Positions 1-13,263 of a stretch of 64,000 bases of DNA are shown here, piece after piece. Under the pieces are notes generated by a model. It had not been told where the DNA came from. It made no database searches and was given only the letters and a program-made list of their open reading frames with translations. A program made the position numbers and the translations under genes. Positions within the stretch are counted from its first letter, which is position 1; the number at the start of each line of letters is the position of its first letter. Source of the stretch: Octopus vulgaris (Eukaryota); the NCBI GenBank assembly GCA_951406725.2, contig OX597819.1:36332001-36396000 (forward strand), written 5' to 3'.

Positions 1-3000
1 TCTGTAGGTATTTTGTTTTTGCACCGTTTATATTTATTTGTTATTTGTTGACTATTTAGTTCCTTTTATGTAAAAGGAGGATTTTTGGAAGCATCGTTAC
101 CATACCGAGAGAATACTTTCAAACCAGCATCTGTCCTCTCCCTCGCATCCATGTATATAATATATGTATCTTAGTTGCCTGAAATCAAGAAAAACATTCT
201 CATTATTTGCTCTCTCTTTTTATATATTTAAATAATATAGAAACACGTAGAACTTTTCCTGTTTGTTTTAAAAACATGGAATCAATACATCTTTAAGAAT
301 GATGGAATAAACCAGGAGGAATTGTACGAGTGTGATTGTGTGTGTGAGAATAAAATGTGAACTACGATCCCATAACAACAACATGTAGTAAATATAACAT
401 TACTTTCAGCCTTTTAAAATCCTTGATACAAACAAAACTAAGATTAGGAGTAGCTGTTTTAACTATGTTTTTATAATTAATTAAGCCTACTTGGGACGTT
501 TCTTACCTTTGATAATAAACTCTAGAATGGGAACTTGTCCGCCTAGTAATCGTTTTATCTTTTGTTATTTCTCATCTTTTATTGTTCTTTTAGCCCAAAC
601 GATAGTTTTGTGGTCTTGATTTTTTTTTTTCACACTAGTAATGCTCCACAATCAATTTTTGTTGGGATCGTTGCTTTTATAAGAATGCCTCGCTTTTTAA
701 AAATTTGGATTTTAATATATTAATTTTTTTTTTTTGTGATTTGAAATTATCACCTGCCTACTTTAGACACCATTGTTTGTGTGTACTATACATACATACA
801 TACATATATATATATATTCACATATTGATTATATATACATATCGATTTGTACACATAATTAACACACGCATATCGTTTCTTGTGTAATTTTTATTGCTAA
901 TTAATTTATTTTACCTTCAAATATTTCCGTGATGTAATTTCCTATTTTTATCAACGAGTTAAATATATCATCATGTATTAATTAGCAAATACATTACATC
1001 ATTTAATTAATTATTGATCTGCTCACATATTTTCGATATATTTATCTTATTAATCGTAAAACTGATGTTTATCTAAGTGGTTTAAATTGCAGGACTTTCT
1101 AGGGCATTGCTGAGTCAGAGACGTTTATTTAGGGACCAACTTACATCTAGCTACCTTTATTATTTTTAGAGAGTGTTACATTTGCTATTTGGATATATTT
1201 CACCGATATTGCCCCTTAACTGTCTACACTTACCCTTGTGCTCGGTAATTCGCACCTGCTGACAGTGTTTATCAATATAGCAGTATACACACACACATGT
1301 GACAATGTTTATTTTCTGTTAATGAAATTGTCTAATACACAGAGGACTTTTAAGTATTGGTTTGTGTTCAAATCCCTCTAGATTTTATTTCGTATATTTA
1401 TGATATAACTTGAAGAAGGTACACCTTTGTAAATGGGTGGACTGTTTAATGCTAACAAAACATTGTAGTGGTCTATTGAATTGAGATGTAATGACATCCT
1501 TGTAGATGCCTTTTTATTAGGATTGTAGACCGTTAGTACTCCTGAGATCGCGCGACTTGCTAGAAATAACTACCAAATCGCCTTGAAAAAACACTCTACT
1601 ATCTTGAAATACAGGACGCATTGGATAACGTATTCCTGGATACTTCTAAAATGTCAGGTTGGTCTTAGCTGGAACACTTTTGATCATGGACCTGTTTAAT
1701 CGAAAGTGACCAGATTCCATGGTTTTCTATGTATTATGGACCAAAATCGTGTTTTATTTTAGTTGAGAGACTAATTCCTTCTTGCATATGGTTAATCTTA
1801 CTTCAAAGTATTTATTCCCCACACTGATTGAAATTATTTCTGCTGAAAAGTATCTGAAATCTAAACAGATGTTTTAGACTAATCATACAGACACTGAAAG
1901 CTAATTCTTGTATAATAAAGCTATGAAGGATTTTGGCCAGCATCCACCTCAGAAAAATGTTCTAGCTGCCATCATAGAAATAAGAAAAGAAAAATTGATG
2001 ATAGTAGTGGTCTGGCTGCATCTAATTGATTTTATTAAAGAAAGCATTTTGTTAATTAAGTATATTAGTTGAAAGAATTTGAGATTGTCAGTATTGCGAA
2101 ACTTGTAGAGAGGCAGATAAAATCAACCTCATGAGTCTTGATGATCTGAAATAGAAAGACGGGAGGTTTTGATAGTTGGGAGGTGAACAGATGTTCAGCT
2201 CTTATCTACATCAAACTAATTATGATGCTGGAATAACATCGTTTTGCTAAGGTCAGACTGAGCACCAATTCAATAGTAGATGCTGTTAACATTTCTCAGT
2301 CCACAAAGCCTACTTGTTTTGTATAATTACCAATGGCTGAGAGAGCTACTTAGCTGTAGTGTTACATCCTAAATGATGATGGTTTCAAATTTTGGCACAA
2401 GGCCAGCCATTTTAGGGGAGGGGATAAGTTCATTACATTGATCCTAGTGTCCAACTGGTATTTAATTTATCAATTCTGAAAGGTGAAGTCAACCTCAGTG
2501 GAATTTGTACATACCACATAGATGAATGAAATGGCACTAAGCATTTTGCCTGGCATCCTAATGATTCTGCCAGCTCACCACCTTGTCCTAAAAGACAATA
2601 ATTAACAATAAATACATATTACAGTTGTGCAAATACCTGTAACTTGTTGTATATGAGTGTAGGCATGGTGAAGAAGTTTGTTTTGCAAAGTATGTGTATT
2701 CTGGTTCATACCCACTGCTTGTGCAAGTGTCTTCTACCATAGACTTGAGGTGACTAAATCCTTGTAAGTGAAACTTGGTTGGAGGAAACTGTGTGGGCTT
2801 CTGCTGGAGTTCCAGTTCCTTTTCTTGTTTAACACTACTACCATGTTCTTGGTTACCTTCATTGCAGTCCACTATTATGTGGCCTAAGGAGAACTTAGTC
2901 CAGCAGTCTTGAAGCCCCGCCTCCTTCTACCTAAATAAGTCATGTATGTTTATGCTTTTCTACCTCATCCATAAAAAATATTGAAAGCAACTGTAATTAG

Positions 3001-3369
3001 CCAACATGCTAGAAATAGAAATCAAATTACTCCCATTTTATTGTGTTAAAATATTTGACAATATATCTTGACCGCCATTGGATAATGTTGAGATACATTA
3101 TGTCAAAATGTTCATGGCTCTTGGACTGCTCATATTTTGTTGACCTGGCCATAAAATTCGTCACCATCATCAAGGATACTGAGAACTGAGAGTGGACAAA
3201 ATTGAAAAAAAAGATGATATTAATAAAGAAGAAGGTTTAGAGTGTCAATTGTTTCAACTTTAGTCAAATAGATCTATGATCAGAAATGTTCCAGCTGTGA
3301 CCATCCTGCCTTTGTGTGTATTGGAAGACTATATTGTTTAATATTGACAATTCTATTTATTGTTTATCA

Positions 3370-3698
3370 AAATCAAAATCATTTTGATGACTGGCATCCA
3401 TGCTATCGGGGCGCAAAGAGCACCATACGAGTGTGATCGTTGACAGACGTTGCTTCACTGGCACGTGTAAAAAGATTCGAGTGAGGTCATTGCCAGTACC
3501 GCCTGACTGGCCCCCATGCAGGTGGCACATAAAAAGCACCCACTACACTCTCGGAGTGGTTGGCGTTAGGAAGGGCATCCAGCTGTAGAAACTCTGCCAG
3601 ATCAAGACTGGAGCCTGGTGCAGCCATCTGACTGCCAGCCCTCAGTCAAAACCGTCCAACCCATGCTAGTATGGAAAGCGGACGTTAAATGATGATGA
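3370..3698 (+). repeat. SINE-like family A (GGTTGGCGTTAGGAAGGGCATCCAGC core, (GAT)n tail)
   Basis: At least 15 similar copies in the window, in both orientations. Confidence 0.85.
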
Positions 3699-4067
3699 GC
3701 TTTAGGTTAGGACTGAGATGTCCTGTGATACACAAACAGTCACCTGTATGACTTTGTGTGGTCCACAGAATCTGTTTTCCCAGTTATAAAATGTTTCCAT
3801 TTGAAGACCATACTGTGCACTGTGACATTGATGTCCATAATTGAGTAGACATATAATCAAATAAATTCCAGCCATAACCTTCTTGTTTTCTTTATCAGGC
3901 ATTATGTATATGAACTGCATTATCCAATATGTGCTCTTGTTAAAGATGTGACTGGCACTCCATTGGTTATTATGATGAGGGTTTCGGTTGATCCGATCAC
4001 TGGAACAGCCTACTTGTGAAATTAATGTGCAAGTGGCTGAGCACTGCACAAACACGTGTATCCTTAG

Positions 4068-4288
4068 CCCTTTCATTACTGAATTTATTTTGTGATGCTC
4101 TGTGTTTCTTTCAATTATTTTAAATATAACAAAGAATTTAATAAAATAACTTTGTTATCATTCAGCTAGTGTTAGGAACGTAAATTGCAAATAAGGTTTG
4201 GTGGAAGATTTTAATTAAAAACTTATGGAAACAGGACATGTATATTAAAGAGCCAGTGCTGGTTTCAGCTGGGTTGGTAACGAAAGGG
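4068..4288. mobile_element. piggyBac-like MITE (family 2) nested in a SINE at about 3950-4475
   Basis: CCCTTTCATTAC...GTAACGAAAGGG|TTAA; inverted homolog of the 36129 copy. Confidence 0.7.
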
Positions 4289-5483
4289 TTAATGTAGTTC
4301 TCAGGGAGATTTAGTGCGACACAGAGTGTGACAAGGCTGGCCCTTTGAAATACAGATGCTGCTTATTTTTGCCAGCTGACTGGCCTGGAGCAATGTGAAA
4401 TAAAGTGCCTTGCTCAAGAACAGATCACATTGCCAGGAATTGAACTCATAATCTTGCAGTCATAAGCTGAATATGTTAAGGGTATAGTGTGGATGTATTA
4501 TTTTCATCTCTCTGAACTGAGTGGTAGAAATACTGCTTTAGGATGCTGTTGTGGTAGTGTCCTAGGATACTGTATATTTTTCTGGATAGTTAAAGATGGC
4601 TATTCATGTAATGATCAAAGTCTGAGGTTTGAAGTTTACCATAGCAAGAAATTAGCACCCTACCCATGTCCAAATGGTTTTTTGATTTTTTAGTACTTTA
4701 GTTTCATTGGGTTGGTGGTGTGTGTATAACATGTGGCAATGTTTTGGTGCCCCTTGTAGGTTATTGTGATTTCTTGTGCAGGATTGGTGCTCTAGACAGA
4801 ACTGGTATAGTCTAAGACGGACTTAATATATTGTTCATATTGAACTGTATCAAATATGGTACTTGTGATTGCTCTAACTATGCTATATGATGCTTAGTCT
4901 TCTTTACTACATCCTGTATATTGTGTTATGAAATGTTGTATATAGTTCTTAATATTTTTTCTTCTTTGTGTAAATGGTTTTTTAGTTTTATTTTCAATTC
5001 TTTAACAAAATGCTGTGTGTGTGTGTGTGTGTGTGTGTGTTATGCTTAAAATAGTACAATAACTATTTCAAGATGTGATGAGGAAATACTTTGTAAACTC
5101 CATGAAAATAGTATGCCTGAATTCAAATTTCATGTCCAAATTGAAAATAACCCTCCTATAACTACCTCACCAAAGAAAAAAAAAAAAAAAAAAAAAGGGT
5201 GTGTGTGTGTGTGAATTAAGCAGCAGAAGATGGGGGTGGAGGGAGTATTGGATTGTACATCACAGTCCCAATGGCATGTTCAACCACACCTTGTGGAAAT
5301 TGTACATTGTTGAGTGTGCAGCTTGGTTGCATTTGTTCTTTGGGGTTGCTGGTTTGATGGGAGAAAGTGGGATTGGTAGGTGCTATGTGATTTGGAGATT
5401 TAGTTCTATTTATAGCATGTCAGGTGACTGCGTGAAGCTGTATTATTAACTTGCCTAGGTATCTGTATTGAGGAGGAGTGATG

Positions 5484-6203
5484 TTAAGTTAAGTTAAATT
5501 AAGTTAATTTTTTGGCTCAAAAAGCAAAAAGCAAGGCCATGTAGGGGGACATGGAGTTATGTACAGGGGTGTTCATGCAAAGAGTTCAGGCCATTTCTGG
5601 TCAAGAGAGACTTTGAACCGAGCGGTTGTTGGCATCTTCACTATCTCGTCCGGCAGCTTATTCCATGGATCCACAACCCGGACGGAGAAAGCCCCTCTCC
5701 TTCAATTGAGATGAAATCGTCACAGATAGAGCTTTTCGTAGTGAACCCGCAGCCTACGCTCTGGTGCAGGAGTGAAGAACAGCTCTTTCGAGAGGTTACA
5801 CTTTCCGCTTATGATGTTGTGAGCAAGAATGAGATCACCACGGCGGCAGCGTTTTTCTAGAGAATAAAGGTCGAGCGTCTTCAGCCTTTCTTCATAAGAC
5901 AAATGCTTGAGACCAAGAAACATGCGGGTAGCCAGCTTCTGGACTCTTTCGAGATGATGTATGTCTTTGAGGAGATAAGGATAAGAGGCTTGAATCCCGT
6001 ACTCCAATATGAGTCTCACCAGTGTGACATAGAGCGGTAGGAATATGGCTGCTGTGAGCTTTCCGAATGATCGTCGAATCAAAAACAGAACTCCGCATGC
6101 TTTGTTGGCAGCATGGACGCACTGGGCCGAAAGCGAAAAGGAGGAATCCACCAAGATACCCAGGTCCTTTACCTGGTCGGTCCTCTCCAGCAGCAACTGT
6201 CAA
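5484..6203 (-). mobile_element. 5'-truncated LINE (CR1/L2-group) ORF2 C-terminus with 3' UTR and short-repeat tail
   Basis: ORF 5720-6196 contains KDLGILVD...LERVQKLATRM...LSYEERL...RRGDLI; (TTAAC)n-like tail at about 5484-5507. Confidence 0.85.
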
Positions 6204-7462
6204 GTTACAATATAAACTAATAATGTCTAGACAAGCATTAAAAGGAAATAATGAAAATATCTGTAAAATACAGATTCAGAAATACCCCCGTGTAGTTGGC
6301 AAATTAATTATGGTGGAACTGATACTTAATTATACAGAAATAAATCCTTCTTTTAGTAATCTGACAGAAAGAGCTGTTACTATATACTTTTTGGTTTCCC
6401 TTGACTATAACTGAAGATGGTGATAGATTGTTATTTAGCCCCTGGTGAGCTCTGCTTGAGCAAACTTTTAACCATCAGCATCCTAAGTATGAACTTCCCA
6501 TATATTTTATGATAGCAGAGTGTGGTCTGAGGGAGATGTGGCTACCTGTTTCTAGCAGGTCAAACAATCATTATCTTAACATGCTTCGCTTGCTTGCTTC
6601 ATGTTCTTGTTTGATGGGGTCATCTCAGGTTAGTGGTCCCAGAGATATCATCATATTTAGAGCTGATGAGGTTCACCAGTGCTCTCGATTGCTGACTCTC
6701 CTGTGCCAGCCATTTTAAGATGGTAAGCTGTTATTTGAGAGTGATTCTGTTGCTATTTTTGGCAGGTCATGTAGCATTGTGGATGCTCTTCATTGGCTTG
6801 TAGCGATATGGAGTTTATGTGAATGATGTGTGTTGTTGAAGTATTGTTAATAGTTGTTGGGGTATCTTTGGTATAGGAATTAAGCACTGTATAATGGTAT
6901 TTAACTAGGGATCTGTCTAACTCTTGATGTATCCAGTAGGGATCACAAGAGGAAGAAAAGTCACAATATGAATGAGCTGAAACAAAGATGGAATAAAATT
7001 AGCAGTAATATTAGAATAAACAGAAAGATGACATTGCTTAACATGGATATTCTCAAACTTTTTTTTCTTCCAGTTTACTCCTTTATTGTGTCCAGCATTG
7101 TTTGTATACCATATGTGATGAATATGGTGTAAAAGGATTGGGTACCATCAGACAGACAATAGACAAGTATTATTTGTTATTAAATTAAAGAGTTCCTAAG
7201 GTGGCAGTCTGGCAGAATTGTATGCAAGCCAGGTGAAATGCCTATCAGCACTTCATCTGTCTTTGTGTTCTGAGTTCAAATTCCACTGGGGTCGGCTTTG
7301 CCTTTCATCCTTTTGGATTTGATAAAATAAGTACCAGTTGAGCACTGGGGGGTGATGTAATTAACTTACCCCTCCCCCCAAATTGCCGACCTTGTGCCAA
7401 AATTTGAAATCATTTAATGAGTTCTAATACTGCTGAGGTTATCTTTACTTTTCATCCTTCTT

Positions 7463-7640
7463 GGGTTGATATACTCTCCAGCCTTCATCAGGTATCTAGG
7501 GGGAAATTTTAAACCTGGGTTCTCATTCCTAAGGTATTTTTCAATGTTATTATTATAATTCAGGTCACTGCCTGGAATCGAACTTGGAATCTTGGGGTTA
7601 GTAGCCCGCGCTCTTAACCACTACGCCATATGCTGGGCAT
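7463..7640 (-). mobile_element. tRNA-derived element with a truncated hammerhead-like 3' part
   Basis: A/B-box head GGCGTAGTGGTTAAGAGCG...AGTTCGATTCC, then CTGATGA-a-GGCTG...CAACC. Confidence 0.6.
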
Positions 7641-8141
7641 ATGTAAATAATATACATAATTCCTCTACTCAAATATAGAACTGTATTAACTAACCTTAAT
7701 ATTTGACACAATTTCAGATAAGCTAGAAGCACAAATACATGTCATTCTCAACTGACAGTCTTGTATGAAATTTGTTTCTGGTTGTTTACAGCAATACATG
7801 GATGGGAACAGTGAAAGACTTTCCACACATTTTCTAGATAAATGAGGTGCATTTATTTGTATTTACTTCAAAACTCCTCTGTTTCACAATTCTTAAAATG
7901 AAGCAGTCAGAATTAGTGGCAAAACTTGTTTTCATATTTCTATTAAAATACACTGCCTTTGTTTTGATAAATTTAGAAAATAATGAAGAATTGTTAAGCT
8001 GGCACTTAGAACATATGTTCATATGAAGTTCTGTTGGAAGGTTTTAATTTAGATCATTTTAGGAAACCAAGCTGGAGATCCTAGAACCTAAGACAGTCTG
8101 AGGTGGGTTGTTATCAAAATGGTTAAAATAGTTTATTAAGA

Positions 8142-8665
8142 TCATCATCATCATCATCGTTTAACGTCCGCTTTCCATGCTAGCATGGGTTGGACGATTT
8201 TGACTGAGGGCTGGCGAGCCAGATGGCCGCACCAGGCTCCAATCTTGATTTGGCAGAGTTTCTACAGCTGGATGTCCTTCCTAACGCCAACCACTCCGTG
8301 AGTGTAGTGGGTGCTTTTTTCATGCCACCGGCATGGGGCCAGTGAGGCAGTACTAGCAACGACCTCGCTCGAATCCTTTTACACATGCCACCAGCACAGG
8401 TGCCAGTGAAGCAACGTTGGTAATAATCACGCTCGAACGGTGTCCTTTTACGTGCCACTGGCATGGAAGCCAGTTGGCTGCTCTGGCAACGATCATGTTC
8501 GGATGGTGCTCTTGGCACCCTACTAGCACAGGCACAAGTGCCAGTAAGGCAACGCTGGTATTGACCACGCTCGAATGGTGCCCTTTGAGTGTCACTAGCA
8601 CGGAAGCTGGTTAGCCGCTCTGTCAATGATCACGTTCATATGGTGCTCTTTGCATCCTGCTAGCA
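8142..8665 (-). repeat. SINE-like family A, long copy
   Basis: (CAT)n tail, core and internal modular repeats. Confidence 0.85.
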
Positions 8666-9387
8666 GGATGTTAACAGTGAAAATAGTGCGGGAAAGGAGG
8701 AAAGTGTAGCGTGTAGCCATTTTCAAATAGTAGCGCCAATTTGTGGTAGCTGGCAATATGACGTAATGTATTACCGGTGAGTGTGTTATATTATAAGGCA
8801 TGAAAAGAAAATGACTCTCCTCAGACACAACAGAATATGCTTCAACACACGAACTCACATAAAGAATCTTGCAAACCAAATCCAAAAACGAAATTTTTAA
8901 TGATCTGAAACAAAATAATAAATGAATTTTTCTTTTCTAAATTTAACAGTTTCAAATATTCTATTAGGACAAAAATCTTCATTAGTTGTGTAAGGGCAAA
9001 CATACCAAATAGTTTTGATGACTCTATTTCCATTGCTGTTAGAGCTTTGTGTCTTTTGATAACATAGTTTTACCTATGTTAGAATACCTAACTGAGGAAT
9101 TGGTAAGTTCCCTTTGAGAAGCTAGTTATAACACATTTGTGTATTAACTTTGAAAGATTTCTATGTCAATTTATTTTCATTTCTGAAACCAAAGAAAACT
9201 GACAATAGGAGTAAAAGAACTAACTTTACCATTGAGAGGTTCTGGAGAAAATAATAGTGTTTTATAGATTAAACTTCAAAAAGAAATTAAATCCATGACC
9301 TTATAAAAATGGTATTAAACTATTCCTTAACTTTTTGTGTATCCTTACTGATGTTTGAGTGTGTCAGCTTGGGTGCAAAAAATATCA

Positions 9388-9638
9388 TCTTTCTATATAT
9401 AAGTGGCAAAACGTCTGCGTGTGTGTCCTTTATACAAATCCACAATTTTTTAGTTAGAGAGCTCACACTTTCTATGGTCATTCAAAACCATCCAAGGGTG
9501 GTCGTGCACATCTTTACATTTCCCCAGTCACCCGGCAAAGCCATTAAAAAAATGAATAGAAGTGACTTTTTTGTGAATTTTCTATCCAAAACCAATCAAA
9601 ATGCCCGAAACTTGATACGTCAGTTGAATACCAGCTAG
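9388..9638 (+). mobile_element. Possible Helitron-like non-autonomous element
   Basis: A|TCTTTCTATATATAAGT start resembles the 61480 element; ends in CTAG. Confidence 0.35.
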
Positions 9639-9934
9639 CTGTATGTGATTGGCTGGAGATTTGGACAGTACTAGCATGTATGTGCGCACGCACACAGCTG
9701 TATATGCATGCACTAGCACTATTTAAAAATGGTATTAAAATCAGAATCACTTGTTTATAACTTCTGTCTTGCTGCATACTTTTGGCAAATCCTGTATTGA
9801 TTCTTGTACTTAGAGTACATCATTTGCACATCTGAGGTTTGTTGTATAAAATGGTAATTGTATAATTATTAGTTTGGGTTTCACAATTCTTTTAATTGAA
9901 TGTTTTCTCTCTCTCTCTTTTTTTTCTTTTGCAG

Positions 9935-10023
9935 AGCTTTATCTGTGTTATTTCTGTTTATTGCAATGGCAGTTTAAATTCAGTTTGTGACTGGTGGTGA
10001 CAAATTCAAAGTCATATGTGAAA
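9935..10023 (+). other. SGF29: SGF29 5' UTR portion of the first coding exon (an upstream non-coding exon is implied but not located)
   Basis: Long pyrimidine tract ending TTTTGCAG at 9934, upstream of aaaATGG at 10024. Confidence 0.65.
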
Positions 10024-10173
10024 ATGGGTCGTACCAAGGCATCTGGCAACAGCAGCCATGCTAGTCACAATAGCAGTCCAAGCAACTCTGATCTTGGATT
10101 GACTAACAGTACTGCTGAAATTAAGATGAAAGAAATACTGAAGGATTTGTATCATCTGATTATTCAAGTTCAG
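10024..10173 (+). CDS. SGF29: SAGA-associated factor 29 (SGF29/CCDC101), coding exon 1
   Basis: MGRTKASG...EIKMKEILKDLYHLIIQVQ matches the SGF29 N-terminal helix (human IAELLTELHQLIKQTQ); donor CAG|GTATGT, phase 0. Confidence 0.9.
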
Positions 10174-10619
10174 GTATGTAGAGCTATATGATAAAAGTGT
10201 ATACTTTAAATCAATAAAAAAAAAATAAGGGTTAAGATATTTCTTCTTCGCAAAATATACTATTCTTTTTATTACTGTATTTGATGGCATATTAGGATGC
10301 ACTTTTTTTTCCCAAAATAAGTTTCATAAAATCTCCTTGAATCATGTTTGTGAAGTTGGGATTTCTTGTATACATGCTTTAATTTACAAAAAAAATTTTG
10401 CCTGAATCTGGGGTCTGGGAAGCCAGAAGGCTGCACCAGGCCCTGCCTGATCTGGCAATATTTCAACAGCTGGATGCCCTTCCTAACGCCAACCTGAATC
10501 TGAACCAGGGGTGCATTTTTTTATGCCACCAAATATGATATTTATAAGTAACTTATATATTATGTTGAATATTGGTTTCAAAATTCATAATTATGACACA
10601 AACACACACACACAAGCCA

Positions 10620-11341
10620 GGCCACTTATGCATACCTTTCCTTCTTGGGACACAAAGCTCTACTTGTGAAGACCTGTTGAGGCAAGTGAAAATCAAAATC
10701 AAAATCGATCAGTTTCAATGGAAATTGTAGTTGTGATACCAGTGCTGGTGGCACGTAAAAAGCACCATCCGATCGCGGCCGTAGCCAGCTTCGTCTGGCA
10801 CCTGTGCTGGTGGCATGTAAAAAGCACCCACTACACTCACAGAGTGGTTGGCGTTAGGAAGGGCATCCAGCTGTTGAAATATTGCCAGATCAGGCAGGGC
10901 CTGGTGCAGCCTTCTGGCTTCCCAGACCCCAGTTGAACCATCCAACCCATGCTAGCATGGAAAGCGGACGTTAAACGATGATGATGACGATAATGATGAT
11001 ATATATATATACACACAAACATACACAAATGTGTATATAAGTATATATATATATATATATATACACAAGCATATGGTGTAAAGTGCTCATGTGGCACCAT
11101 GTGAAAGCGCCATATAAAAACACCTGTGCGGCACCACGTAAAGCCACCCATGTGGTACCATGTAAAAGCACCCAGCATACTCTGTAAAGTGGTTAGTGTT
11201 AGGAAGGGTATCCGACCATAGAAATCATCACAAATCAGAGTGGAGTCTGGTACAGCTCCTCAGCTTGCCTGCTGGTCAAACCATCCAACCCATGCCAGCT
11301 TGGACAATGGATGTTAAATGATAATAATAATGATGATGATG

Positions 11342-11342
<1 letters not shown>
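10620..11342 (+). repeat. Two family A copies (about 10620-10998 and 11090-11342)
   Basis: Core and (GAT)n tails. Confidence 0.8.
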
Positions 11343-11380
<38 letters not shown>

Positions 11381-11441
11381 GACATCTCTAAAGTAAATAG
11401 ACACCATCATTTTGAAAGATTTACTCTTTCTTTCTTTTTAG

Positions 11442-11790
11442 GATATTTGCTGGTCATAAAAGAGGTTTCCTTCTCGCTGCTCTGCCATAGTAGCCAAATT
11501 GATGAAGATGCCTTTCAGAAGTACTCTGACTCATTTGGAGTTACTCTGCAACATCAGCTGCCCTACAATGAGGATTATTTTCAACAATCCGCTTGACATC
11601 CGGAAAACACCTGTCAAAGCTGTTGATTCCTTTCCTTTGTTGCTGAAGTGTACAATCACTCTGTTGACTGTGGCAAGAGGAATACCTAGCTTTTGGGCAA
11701 TCTTACTCTAGCTAAGTCCATCCTCATACTGAACCACAACAAACCTTCTTTGAAACTCAGACAACACTTTTACTTCTGGTGTTTATGGCA
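11442..11790 (-). pseudogene. Tc1-like transposase N-terminal remnant with stops and a frameshift
   Basis: Manual translation: [31 protein letters not shown] / [34 protein letters not shown]. Confidence 0.7.
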
Positions 11791-11879
11791 TTGCTAGTTG
11801 CTGTAAACAATAGATTGTTATCTGAAATGAAAAATAGTTCATTAACAAGATTAAATTACCAGGTAATATATATGTAGAT

Positions 11880-12240
11880 CATCATCATCATCGTTTAACG
11901 TCCGTTTTCCATGCTAGCATGGGTTGGACGATTTTGACTGAGGGCTGGCGAACCAGATGGCTGCACCAGGCTCCAATCTTGATCTGGCAGAGTTTCTACA
12001 GCTGGATGCCCTTCCTAACGCCAACCACTCCAAGAGTGTAGTGGGTGCTTTTTACGTGCTGCCGGCATGGGGGCCAGTCAGGCAGTACTGGCAATGACCT
12101 CGCTCGAATCTTTTTACACGTGCCACCGGCACAGGTGCCAGTGAAGTGACGTTGGTAACGATCACGCTTGAATGGTGCCCTTTTACGTGCCACGGGTACG
12201 GAAGCCAGTTGGCTGCTCTGGCAACAATCACACTCGGATA
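11880..12240 (-). repeat. SINE-like family A
   Basis: Close match to the 8142 copy. Confidence 0.85.
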
Positions 12241-12668
12241 ATGACGGGGTGTCTATTTACTTTTGAGAGATCAATGTGTGTATATATATATATATATTTC
12301 CATGCTGGCATGGACGGGTAGGATGGCTCCAATGCCTTTTCTCATGACAACAGCACTCTAGATGTTATCTTGCCTAATCATCATTTTATGTTAATTTTTC
12401 AATGTGTGCATGGTTTGGACTCATATATTTATAAGCGGTCTTTCTATAGAATGATATTTGGCTTATATAATTCAAGTTTTCAGAAGTACATCAAGATTTT
12501 TTAATTGATTTCAGAGTTTTTCTTTTCCTGTTTCTAGCCTCTAATATGTGGCCATGTTATATAACACATCATAATACTAAGGAACCTCTTATAACTGTGC
12601 GGAAAATGAATAAGCTGATTTGTATAAAAGTATCAGTTTGGCAATCATTAATTACTATACAATATCAC

Positions 12669-12722
<54 letters not shown>

Positions 12723-13263
12723 TTTCATGTATATAAAATCACTTCTGTTTATCAATTCTCATATATTTTGAATGGAATCTTTGAAACTTAAGTAAAAATA
12801 TTCAGTGATGCAGCTATAGATGTATTGATTTTTTTAGTAGTAGCTAATCTAATATCAATATGCAAATTGGCTCATCATGTGTTAATTAAAATTCATGTTA
12901 TACATGGTTAAAAGCTATGTCTTCTCAGTATTAGGTTGACAGATTTAATGTTTTAAGGGAAATTGGAGAACATTAAAAACCGCATCATTAATTCAATAAT
13001 TATTCTATGCTTTCATGTACTTGTTTCATTGCACAACTCATACACACACACACATAAATACATACACATATGCACACACACACATGCATATACATAATGT
13101 GTCCTAAATATATGTAGGTGGTAGTCATTAGATCAGATGAAGCATCTTGTAATCTCTGTTCTAGTCCTTTTTGTTGAGTTCAAATCCCTCTCCAGTCAAC
13201 TTTTAAGAGACCACATTTAAAAAATTTTAAATAAATTATGTCAAATTATGCTAAATACATTAT

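Noticed and set aside
6663-6700. CTGATGAG hammerhead core
   Set aside because: No stem II/GAAA partner nearby
8180-8626. 148-aa ORF recurring in several places
   Set aside because: Chance reading frame within SINE family A, variable between copies
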